NCBI GenBank assembly: GCA_024680795.1
Contig: JAILBR010000043.1
Span: 1 to 61,780, forward strand
Length of the DNA: 61,780 nucleotides
Source: Bacilli bacterium
GTDB lineage: Bacteria; Bacillota_I; Bacilli_A; RFN20; CAG-826
Direction: 5' to 3'
Shown here: positions 10,231 through 18,652 of the stretch, in pieces
Layout of the letters: every line of letters begins with the position of its first letter
Numbering within the stretch: the first letter of the stretch is position 1
The notes under the pieces: generated by a model
Told to the model about the DNA's origin: nothing
Seen by the model: the letters and a program-made list of their open reading frames with translations, nothing else
Database searches by the model: none
Translations under genes and position numbers: made by a program

Positions 10231-10301
10231 TTTTCTGAAAACATGATATATCCCCCTTATTTCCAATACAATGTACAGATTGTTCAAAAATAAATGACCC
10301 T

Positions 10302-10517
10302 CTAAATTAGAAGGCCATCGATTGAGGTGGAAAGGATTTTTGCTATCTTAATTAATTGATCATAACTAGGACATCTTTGACCACTTTGCCAGAAGTAGAC
10401 CGCTCGAGTTGAGACATCTAATTCATCAGCGAGTGATTCTTTTGTCACTTTCCTCTCTTTCATCAACTGATAGAGATTTGTACTGAATCGGTTGATGTTG
10501 TGCTTTTTCACATTCAT
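10302..10517 (-). CDS. XRE-family helix-turn-helix transcriptional regulator
   Basis: LADELDVSTRAVYFWQSGQRCPSYDQLIKIAKIL. Confidence 0.9.
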   Translation of the reverse strand: MNVKKHNINRFSTNLYQLMKERKVTKESLADELDVSTRAVYFWQSGQRCPSYDQLIKIAKILSTSIDGLLI

Positions 10518-10580
10518 CTTCTCTTTCCTCCAAATATTCGAATCCAGTACCAGATGAATGAGTGTGTTTATTTTATATAA

Positions 10581-11738
10581 CTATTTATAAATTGGAAAGT
10601 ATTTCTTGTAATATTCTTTTAAGTTTTCCTCAGTTGCATGTCTATATTGTTCTATAACTTTGAGGAACTCTTTATAACAACTATCAGCGACATCAATACC
10701 ATCGATAAGAAGTACATCGTTTGTTTCAGAAGAAGTGAATTTATATAACTCACTTATTCCGTTTGTGAGAATGACCGACAACTCTAAAAAGTTAAAAAGC
10801 GGATATTCATGTCCGAGGTTAGAACCATGAACATATCCATGGCACAATTTGTAATATCCAGTTAAATTAGAGAAATGCTGCCCAGAGCGTGAGTCTAAAT
10901 ATGTTATCAAGCCTTCAATGGAATATGGTCTTTCTTTGACGATATCATGATATCCTTCAATCGTGTCTACCCAGCCAAAGTGAAGATAATTGCTTAAGGA
11001 ACGTTCGGTTTTATTACTTCTATCTTCAAAGAATGTTCGAACGTCTTTTTTATTTTCTTGGCCCAAACTCTTTTGTAAATCTAGTTCGATACATTTTGAA
11101 AACATAGTTATAGAATTTGGATTTAGCTTTAAAACGTTAAGCTTTATCGCTGCTTCTAGCATCGCTCTTGCGTGTGGATAGGCGTTTGCGAATAAGTTAT
11201 CGCTCATGAGAGATATCGTGGTTAAAGATTCAGTGAATAAACTTAAGTATAAAGGTATGTACTTGCTTTCTTTCAATGCTGCGATATATTCACGACATTT
11301 AGAGTGAATGACCGCAAGATCGAAAAGGATTGGCATATAGATAAATCTATCGCCCAAAATTAATGGCCTTCTAATTAATAGTCCTTGCACACGATTTCTT
11401 AGTTTAATTTGATAGATGACTTTGTTTATTAAGTTCTTACGATATTCTTTATCTTCTTCTAATTTCTTTCTATCTTCATCATTTAAATACATCACGTTAG
11501 AACGATGAACGTAGACAATATGTAAACACACTTCATAAAAAGCGAAGTTATCTAAATCTAATTTAATCGCAGACTCCAACTTTCCATCTAGTGTTCGATA
11601 ATAATTATCATATTCAGGGAACAACTTAAAAATGTCATACATCATTTTAATCATAAAGTTGACATTTATCTGCCCTTTGAACACAGTTTTTAGAGCTTTG
11701 TGTCCTTGTTTTTGAAGTTGTTCAATTTCATTTTCCAT
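10581..11738 (-). CDS. DUF5677/HEPN-like protein
   Basis: C-terminal half AYPHARAMLEAAIKL...HFGW...YKLCHGYVHGS; start taken at ATG 11738 (track uses upstream TTG). Confidence 0.6.
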   Translation of the reverse strand: MENEIEQLQKQGHKALKTVFKGQINVNFMIKMMYDIFKLFPEYDNYYRTLDGKLESAIKLDLDNFAFYEVCLHIVYVHRSNVMYLNDEDRKKLEEDKEYRKNLINKVIYQIKLRNRVQGLLIRRPLILGDRFIYMPILFDLAVIHSKCREYIAALKESKYIPLYLSLFTESLTTISLMSDNLFANAYPHARAMLEAAIKLNVLKLNPNSITMFSKCIELDLQKSLGQENKKDVRTFFEDRSNKTERSLSNYLHFGWVDTIEGYHDIVKERPYSIEGLITYLDSRSGQHFSNLTGYYKLCHGYVHGSNLGHEYPLFNFLELSVILTNGISELYKFTSSETNDVLLIDGIDVADSCYKEFLKVIEQYRHATEENLKEYYKKYFPIYK

Positions 11739-11833
11739 GCTTATAGCATAGCAAAAAGATTTGCCTATAGGTATGAACAAATTGTTCGATTTTATAAGTT
11801 AGGTTTCAAAAACTCAACATAGTCCGCCTATTT

Positions 11834-11976
11834 TTATAATTTAAATGTTTCGTCGCTACAAATTATTTCTATTTTTTTATGTAATGGTCCAATGAATTCT
11901 TTATCCACAATTGATAAGAATTTTACTTTGGTGCCATTATAGGTGATGGAGGTCAATTTGCCACATAACATGAAAG
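11834..11976 (-). pseudogene. 3' end of BspA-type LRR (LRR_5) gene, separated from its 5' part by IS607
   Basis: AFMLCGKLTSITYNGTK...IICSDETFKL* is a typical terminal LRR_5 repeat and cap; joins in frame to ...PASLKKMDKW on the other side of the IS. Confidence 0.7.
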
Positions 11977-12150
11977 CCGTTATAACAAACCTATAAAAAC
12001 ATGTAAATAAATAAGAATACCTATAAACATGCTTTTTGTTGTTTTCCTTCTTCAATCTTAAACACATCAATATTCGAAGTTTTAAACTTCTTAATCAATA
12101 TATTAAAGTCCAAAGGCGTAAGTTCGGACGTAACTCGCCCTACAAGATTT
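11977..12150 (-). ncRNA. Predicted TnpB omegaRNA (reRNA) scaffold
   Basis: Region overlapping the tnpB 3' end to the right end; CATGTTT(TT)ATAGG direct repeats; position follows established TnpB biology, 5' boundary is a guess. Confidence 0.55.
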
Positions 12151-13256
12151 TTTAAATTAATCGCCGCATTAATGTCTCTATCGATAACAAGTCCACATTT
12201 AAAACACTTATAAGTTCTTGTGTTTAATTTAAGTATTTCGACTTTATTACCACAAAAAGAACAGGTTTTAGATGATGGATAATATTTATCCGCGATAATA
12301 ATTTGGCAGCCATATAATTGGCTTTTATATTCTAACTCTTTTCTAAAACGATATAAGCCAAGCTTTTGTAATCTTCTCGCAACATTCCTATCACCTTTCA
12401 TTTTTTGAATTGATAAGTCTTCAATACAAATGTAACGATAGGAATTAGTTAAGATATAGCTAACTTTATGTTCAAAATCTCTTTTGATGTTATCTAGTCT
12501 TTCCAATTGATTATCAAGTTTTCTTTTTTGTTTGAAATAATTTTTCGAAAAGATTTTAGGATCATCTTTGGTTCTCGGATGAACTTTTCTAGATAACACC
12601 TTTTGAGTTTTGATTATCTTGCTTATTTGCTTATTAATGCTTTCTGGATAATTAACGATCAATCCATTAGATAAAGCGATATTGTTCTTAATTCCTAAAT
12701 CTAAACCGATTGCATCGTAATTATCATTGTTTATACTTTTGATTGTTTCATCAACTTCGACATTGATAGAGACATAATATTTATCAAATTTTCTTGTTAT
12801 TCTACAGCCAGTGATATGACCGGCAAACCTTATATGTTCATTGAGTTTAATAGGAAGCATTTTTGGAAGTTTAATATAATCTTTATCAACGCCTTCTTTT
12901 TTAATCATTTTCATTTGATCTCCACCAATATAGAAGGATTGAAAGGTATCTTTCTTGCTTTTGAAATGAAGCATATTCCCATTCATTTTAAAGGATTTAA
13001 TACTTCTTAATGAATCCTTAAAATCCATAAAAGGTTCTTGAGAAACATATTTACTCATTTCATAAACAAATGGGAACTCAACTTTCTTTAAAGCATTGAA
13101 TTTCTTTTTTAATTTATAAATATCAAAATCAATAGAATTCTTGTTATATTGTTCTAATATCCAGTTATAAGTAAATCTTGCCACCCCAAAAGACTTTTCA
13201 ATAAATGTTCTTTGTTTATTATTTGGATATATCCTGATCTTCTGAGAGAGTATCAT
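12021..13256 (-). CDS. tnpB: RNA-guided endonuclease TnpB
   Basis: HTH_OrfB N-terminus (KIRIYPN...SFGVARFTYNW), RuvC-I GLDLG, RuvC-II IEDL, zinc finger PSSKTCSFCG...CFKCG, RuvC-III DRDINAAINL. Confidence 0.95.
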   Translation of the reverse strand: MILSQKIRIYPNNKQRTFIEKSFGVARFTYNWILEQYNKNSIDFDIYKLKKKFNALKKVEFPFVYEMSKYVSQEPFMDFKDSLRSIKSFKMNGNMLHFKSKKDTFQSFYIGGDQMKMIKKEGVDKDYIKLPKMLPIKLNEHIRFAGHITGCRITRKFDKYYVSINVEVDETIKSINNDNYDAIGLDLGIKNNIALSNGLIVNYPESINKQISKIIKTQKVLSRKVHPRTKDDPKIFSKNYFKQKRKLDNQLERLDNIKRDFEHKVSYILTNSYRYICIEDLSIQKMKGDRNVARRLQKLGLYRFRKELEYKSQLYGCQIIIADKYYPSSKTCSFCGNKVEILKLNTRTYKCFKCGLVIDRDINAAINLKNLVGRVTSELTPLDFNILIKKFKTSNIDVFKIEEGKQQKACL

Positions 13257-13875
13257 TTACTACTTTATTCATCCCTTCTATTAGTTTTTTATTCTTTTTA
13301 CTTCTAGAGCCATATAATCTAGCAGATAGCACTGTTATTATTTCTAAAACATCTTTTGCAAGCTCTTCTTCAAATGATGGGTTTTCTTCCCCTTTGTTAA
13401 TGATAATAACTTCTACTTCTTTAGCTTCGCATATAGAGAATATTAGTTCAGCACCGAAACGAAGAAGTCTATCTTTATGAGTGATAACTAGCCTTTTGAC
13501 CTGACCATCTAAAATAAGATTTATGAGATTAGTAAGACCTTTTTTATAGTAATTCATCCCCGAACCTAAATCGGATATAATTTCATATTTATATCCTTTT
13601 TGGGCACAGTATAATTCTAGAACTTGAATCTGTCTTTCTAGGTCTTTCTTTTGGTCGTTAGAACTAACTCTAGCATAGGCGATAGTTTTCAAATCATCTT
13701 GATTGGTTATTATTCTTCTATCAATCTTTTTTAAAGAATCAATATTATATCTTCTCGCCCCGCCAGGAGTAATTTCATCTGGCTTTAATTTGCCATCTTT
13801 ATCCCAGTTTCTTAATGTTTGAATGGTTACTCCAAGCATTTTAGAAGCTTTACCTATAGACACTAGTTTACTCAT
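13219..13875 (-). CDS. tnpA: IS607 TnpA serine recombinase
   Basis: MerR-like HTH (SIGKASKMLGVTIQTLRNWD), YARVSS catalytic Ser, DRLLRFG. Confidence 0.95.
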   Translation of the reverse strand: MSKLVSIGKASKMLGVTIQTLRNWDKDGKLKPDEITPGGARRYNIDSLKKIDRRIITNQDDLKTIAYARVSSNDQKKDLERQIQVLELYCAQKGYKYEIISDLGSGMNYYKKGLTNLINLILDGQVKRLVITHKDRLLRFGAELIFSICEAKEVEVIIINKGEENPSFEEELAKDVLEIITVLSARLYGSRSKKNKKLIEGMNKVVNDTLSEDQDISK

Positions 13876-13967
13876 GACTTTATGGTACCATATTCAAAAG
13901 ATAATTTCTATATTTTCTTTACACTTTTTTATTGAATTTTATAGATATTTTGTTGCAGTTAGTAGCC

Positions 13968-14583
13968 CATTTATCCATTTTCTTTAATGAGGCTGGTCTG
14001 GTAAAGAATTTTTAATCTTTTCCACTTTAGTGGATGTAGGTGTTCCAATATCTAAATAAATGATTTCGTCTTTGAAGATATTTAAAAGGAACTTATATTT
14101 CTTTTCACTAATTTTATTTTCTTTATAGATTCTTTCGATTAGTTCTCTTAATGATTCTTTTTCTTTAGAAATTAAGATAGCCATGAATGGTTTATTGTAT
14201 CCTTTAACTGATTTAATTTCTTCCATCACTGCGTCACTAGTCAATGAATTTTCACTGACATAAAATAATGTGCCCTTACATGCATATGGAGCGATAAATC
14301 TTGTTGCTACTTCTTTCCAATTTTTTCCTACAGGTATTCCACGATCATACCAAATAGGTAGTCCCTCCATTTGTAAATCAAAAATATCGCAGTACACATC
14401 TACATAATCTTTATGTGAATAGGAAACGAAATAATACTCGTTGGTGATAATATCAGGAAGATATATTGTTGGTATTGAATATAAGTCGTTTGACCTAATA
14501 ATATTCTTCTTGATTTGAACCTGTTCTTTAGGGGAACGCGTTTCTAATTCTTTGATCTCAATAAAGGTTGCTTTTTCCATCAT
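13968..14583 (-). pseudogene. TIR-domain protein, 5' part of a disrupted TIR-LRR gene
   Basis: TIR motifs FVSYSHKD, IWYDRGIPVGKNW, SLTSDAVMEEI; ORF 13984-14583 ends at a frame jump, and the alternative frame reads PASLKKMDKW up to the IS left end. Confidence 0.75.
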
Positions 14584-14671
14584 GAAAATATTATATGTCT
14601 ATATAAATATAATTGTCATTTATAGTTGGAAAGAAGTATTATATTTTTTGAGCGAAAAGGAAGATAAAAAT

Positions 14672-15196
14672 ATGTTTGGAAAAGAATTAGCCCATGATGA
14701 AACTTACTATAAGGAATATGGTGAATATAAAATCACAAATTCTTATACCGTATATGAAGCATATATCGAAGAGATGCACGATAAAGAAGGCAAATTAGTC
14801 ACTAATAAAGATGGTTCTCCACGTTATCGTTATATCGATGATAGAGATATTTCTACAGTAAACGAAGATAAACTCGTTAAAGAAATTAGACCAGGCTTAT
14901 ATAAAGATGTTTATCAAGTCAATGGTGACTATGTTGAAAAAGTTGAAAAAGAAGGTAAAAGAATTTACTTTGTTGTCGAACAAGCAAGAGTTAAAACTTT
15001 AGCGAAAGATAGCAAAGTCGTTGCTAGAAATGGCACATATCGCTTATTAAGTGAAGTTGGCTATGTCCTTGTTGATGATTATGAAATCGAAAATCCAAAA
15101 GTGATTGCGGTTCGTAAATTCAAAACCGAAGATCACGAGCAAGAAGCCAAAGATATCATCAAAAATAAAATTAGAAGATTCTCTGGAGAAGAATAG
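14672..15196 (+). CDS. Hypothetical acidic/basic soluble protein
   Basis: AAGGAAG RBS-like sequence before ATG 14672; 174 aa; followed by its own terminator. Confidence 0.7.
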   Translation: MFGKELAHDETYYKEYGEYKITNSYTVYEAYIEEMHDKEGKLVTNKDGSPRYRYIDDRDISTVNEDKLVKEIRPGLYKDVYQVNGDYVEKVEKEGKRIYFVVEQARVKTLAKDSKVVARNGTYRLLSEVGYVLVDDYEIENPKVIAVRKFKTEDHEQEAKDIIKNKIRRFSGEE

Positions 15197-15218
15197 ACCG
15201 CAAGGTCTTTTTCTTTTT
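15195..15218 (+). terminator. Intrinsic terminator
   Basis: AGACC-GCAA-GGTCT followed by T-run. Confidence 0.75.
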
Positions 15219-15226
15219 ATATAAAT

Positions 15227-15245
15227 AAAAAGGTCATTTCTGACC
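15227..15245 (-). terminator. Intrinsic terminator of ZIP gene remnant/lipase
   Basis: Minus strand GGTCA-GAAA-TGACC-TTTTT. Confidence 0.6.
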
Positions 15246-15249
15246 CACG

Positions 15250-15462
15250 TTATCCTAAAGCGATATCAAGTATCATCATGACCACAAATCCGACCGCTAA
15301 ACCGATGGTAGCGAGGTTTGAGTGTGGTCCTTCATTGGCTTCTGGAATCAATTCTTCAACAACGACATAAATCATGACGCCTGCCGCAAAGGCAAGGGTA
15401 TATGGAAGGATTGTGGTTACTGCCGAAGTTAATAAAATGGCGAGTAACCCAGCGATAGCCTC
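15250..15462 (-). pseudogene. C-terminal fragment of ZIP/ZupT family metal transporter
   Basis: [69 protein letters not shown]; no start; begins directly after the lipase stop. Confidence 0.85.
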
Positions 15463-15463
15463 T

Positions 15464-16807
15464 TTATTTGAAAATTATGTTATCGTGTGTTTCGTGATAT
15501 TTCTTTAATAGCAAATACGTGGTCTTAGCTTCATGGAATATTGGTAATCTAGTAAAGTTATCTGCATATGGAACAACAACTTCTAAGACAAGTGACAAAT
15601 ATGCAGTTGCAAATTTTTCTACGGAATCACAAGACGCTCTTAATTTTGTTTCATCATAATTTACATGGTTTTCGTTTAGATAAGGAGTAATAAAGTTATA
15701 TAACTTATTGCTCTTAAATAATGCTATTTTTTGGAATAACGAATATGAATTAATGGTTTCTATCATTTCTTCAACTGCATCTGGATGATAAGTATATAGA
15801 GTCCCCATAATACCAGCTATATAGCCAAGTCCGTCTTGATAATTATTGGCGAAGGCCGCTCTAGAGTTCATCAATTCATCTTCTTTTTCGCTTGTGTATG
15901 TAGTTAATCTAGAAATCAAATACGCAACATACTCGGCTTCGTTTTGGAAGTTATCGCTTGAAATAAATGGTTTAAAATCGCCCTCTTCGATTATCTTGTC
16001 AGTTACTTCTTTATCGAAAATATCTAAGAATACACCGTCTTGGCTCATGCCATATGACGATGGATAAAATTTAGAAATGAAGTCATTGCTATTAGCGTGG
16101 TTAAAAACATTTTTATATTGTTTTACGTTTTGAGTCTCAATTGTAGAAGGAGCTTCAAAATTATAGACATATAAATCTTTCATATCGGTCTTCATGCTTT
16201 TATCTTCCATGACTTTACCAGCAAGGTTTTGCATAAGGGCCGCCGAACGTGAATATCCCGATAACCAGATTTTGACTTTCTTTTGTTGGGTAGACACTAC
16301 ACTCTTTAATTCTTCGTACATCTTTTCAGCACTATTTTCAAACCCGATTGCGTTACCTTCCAAACCGATATGGAAGTTTGCAGACCACTGCATACAGTAA
16401 TAGTAACTTCTTGCGGATAAGGACAAAATGACAAAATCGTTATATTCTTTCTTCCCAATTACAAATGAATCATATTGTTCACTTTCATTAGAATCATAGT
16501 TATCACTTTTATACACAGTAGTATATTCTAGATCTCTATAAAATTTATCGATTGTGGCGTTTTGTGAAGCAGCAAGAGAGAAACCAAGAGATAAAAGCGC
16601 TAAGTCCTTACTATAAGTTGTTGAGTCGTTATAAAAGGGATCTAGTCTATAATTGCATATGAAATGTTCATCTTGTGTATTTGGAATATATACTTCAAGT
16701 TGTCTATTATCAGTTTCTTTTGGTTTAGGTTCAGTAGAAGAGTTATTACAACTGCAAAAAACGAATAATAACGGGAAAATTAATAGGGATTTGCTGAATA
16801 TTTTCAT
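15464..16807 (-). CDS. Lipoprotein, lipase class 3-like alpha/beta hydrolase
   Basis: Signal peptide with lipobox (FCSC); [11 protein letters not shown] nucleophile elbow; YNFEAP; NSNDFI. Confidence 0.75.
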   Translation of the reverse strand: MKIFSKSLLIFPLLFVFCSCNNSSTEPKPKETDNRQLEVYIPNTQDEHFICNYRLDPFYNDSTTYSKDLALLSLGFSLAASQNATIDKFYRDLEYTTVYKSDNYDSNESEQYDSFVIGKKEYNDFVILSLSARSYYYCMQWSANFHIGLEGNAIGFENSAEKMYEELKSVVSTQQKKVKIWLSGYSRSAALMQNLAGKVMEDKSMKTDMKDLYVYNFEAPSTIETQNVKQYKNVFNHANSNDFISKFYPSSYGMSQDGVFLDIFDKEVTDKIIEEGDFKPFISSDNFQNEAEYVAYLISRLTTYTSEKEDELMNSRAAFANNYQDGLGYIAGIMGTLYTYHPDAVEEMIETINSYSLFQKIALFKSNKLYNFITPYLNENHVNYDETKLRASCDSVEKFATAYLSLVLEVVVPYADNFTRLPIFHEAKTTYLLLKKYHETHDNIIFK

Positions 16808-16837
16808 AATATTAATATATATCTTTCTTTTTAATAT

Positions 16838-18541
16838 TTATACGTTTTGTAGATTACTATAGTAGTCTTCTAGTTTCTTTCTTGAGGCAACATAGAACTT
16901 TTTTAAACTTGGATCGAAGTGTTTTCCCATGCCTTCCATAATTATCTTATTAGCCTCTTCAAACGACATGCTTTCTTTATAGACACGTTTACTGACAAGC
17001 GCATCATAAACATCTGCGATGGCCATAATACGCGCTTCAAAAGGAATGCTTTCGCCTTTAAGTTTATTTGGATATCCACTACCATCCCATCTTTCATGAT
17101 GATAATGAGCTACATTGACTGCGATATTCATAAAATCAATATCATCAGTGCCTTCTAGAATTTGTTTAACGATCCTTGCTCCTTCGGAAGCATGTGTTTT
17201 CATTATCTCAAATTCCTCTGGGGTAAACTTTCCTGGTTTTCTTAATATTGCATCATCAACTGCAATCTTCCCTAAATCATGCATAGGAGCGGCTTTAATT
17301 AGATTATTACAGAAGGTATCAGAAAGATTTAATGTGTTATCTTTCTTAATCTCACCCACTATGATTCTTATGCAATCACTAGTTCTTTTAATATGGCCGC
17401 CTGTAGAGTTATCTCTACCTTCAACCATAGTAGCCATACCAACAACCAGCTTTTCTTGCATTTCAATAACGCTTTTAGTTTTCTTATTAACTTCTTCTTC
17501 AAGTTGATTATTATACTGCTTGATAAGTTTGATATATTGCTGGTTTGCGGTATCATCCGTCATTAAAAATTGATATCCGCGGTGCATGCTTCCAACTGAC
17601 AATCTGTTAATATAGACGAGATATGTTTTGTTTTCGCGTTCAAATAGCCTTGTATTTTTAGTTTCATCGTTTTCAAATTCTGCTACCCAAGGGAGCAAAT
17701 TCTCTTTTAACCATTGGCTGTTATCAACGCGATGATCCACTACTAGAACGTTGAGCTCTGGTAACATCTCTTTTGCGGTTTCGTTGCTTCCTAGATATCT
17801 CATCTTATTATCAAAGGAAATAAACCCTGTTTCACCTTTTTGCACTAATGAATCAATAACGGAGTCAGAAGCATCATATAATCTTAATCGAGAAGCAATG
17901 ACCATATAAATTATCATGCCCATGTTATACGTGGCTGGTAATAGTTCCATCTCTTTAGTAATGAGTCTGCTGCCAAAGAAACCGATAACGGAAGTAGATA
18001 TAGCTATAACAATTAAGATCAAAATGGTCTTAGACACTTGTTTCTTTTTAAAGAAAGAATAAATGATAACTCCTATTGTAACAGCATAGAATAGGCCAAT
18101 CATGACGTAAAACACAGTGTGCATTGGTCCATAGTGTTTATCAGTGATATAGGCCGCTTCACCATAATAAGCAATAGAGGGCATACCTTGGTAGAAGATA
18201 TCAGTTTGCCCAATAGTAGTTGCACAAACATAAACACCAGTGGAAATAGCAATAATTAGAGTACGTATCCACGGTTTTAGAGGAATACCACAGGTATTAA
18301 ATATCAAAAACATGGCAGCTACTAAAACATAACAACCACCAATATAAGTGAATTTCAAAGCATTTAGTGCTCCTTCAACAGTAGTAGAATTTCCCATTAA
18401 AACGAACGCTAAGTTAATAACAGGGACTAGCACTGTCATGATGGTCAAGTTAGCGTCAAAATGCTTATGAAAAATAAACGCGTATATAATGACTAACGCT
18501 AGTGATAATCCAAGCATCGAATAATAAAACACCATTACCAT
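16838..18541 (-). CDS. Membrane HD-GYP phosphodiesterase with N-terminal 7TM (HisKA_7TM-like) sensor
   Basis: ~7 hydrophobic segments; TGGHIKR, MHDLGK, HHERWDGSGYP, IADVYDAL. Confidence 0.9.
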   Translation of the reverse strand: MVMVFYYSMLGLSLALVIIYAFIFHKHFDANLTIMTVLVPVINLAFVLMGNSTTVEGALNALKFTYIGGCYVLVAAMFLIFNTCGIPLKPWIRTLIIAISTGVYVCATTIGQTDIFYQGMPSIAYYGEAAYITDKHYGPMHTVFYVMIGLFYAVTIGVIIYSFFKKKQVSKTILILIVIAISTSVIGFFGSRLITKEMELLPATYNMGMIIYMVIASRLRLYDASDSVIDSLVQKGETGFISFDNKMRYLGSNETAKEMLPELNVLVVDHRVDNSQWLKENLLPWVAEFENDETKNTRLFERENKTYLVYINRLSVGSMHRGYQFLMTDDTANQQYIKLIKQYNNQLEEEVNKKTKSVIEMQEKLVVGMATMVEGRDNSTGGHIKRTSDCIRIIVGEIKKDNTLNLSDTFCNNLIKAAPMHDLGKIAVDDAILRKPGKFTPEEFEIMKTHASEGARIVKQILEGTDDIDFMNIAVNVAHYHHERWDGSGYPNKLKGESIPFEARIMAIADVYDALVSKRVYKESMSFEEANKIIMEGMGKHFDPSLKKFYVASRKKLEDYYSNLQNV

Positions 18542-18620
18542 ATGATAGATTTTATCACTTTATATATAAAGAGATAATATGAACATATAATTTATTACAT
18601 ACAATCAGAAAAAAGTGCGA

Positions 18621-18652
18621 AAAAAAAAGTGGCTTTTCTAACCGATTGCCAC
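18621..18652 (-). terminator. Terminator-like 3' end of the large ncRNA
   Basis: Minus strand GTGGC...GCCAC followed by TTTTTTTT. Confidence 0.55.

Larger units (their letters stand above)
11977..13967 (-). mobile_element. IS607-family element (tnpA-tnpB)
   Basis: Left end TGGG|CTACTAACTGCAAC at 13965-13969; right end ...TTTGTTATAACGG| at 11977; GG core at both ends; removing the element restores a reading frame; no TIR/TSD. Confidence 0.9.

Noticed and set aside
11775-11787. LexA/SOS box (GAAC-N5-GTTC)
   Set aside because: The Firmicutes box has a 4-nt spacer; kept only as a generic palindrome
11834-12070. 78-aa ORF as an independent gene
   Set aside because: Its first ~30 codons are IS607 right-end sequence; only the 3' part is real and belongs to the broken TIR-LRR gene
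13876-13967. IStron (group I intron) in the IS607 left end
   Set aside because: About 90 nt of AT-rich sequence, far too short for an intron core
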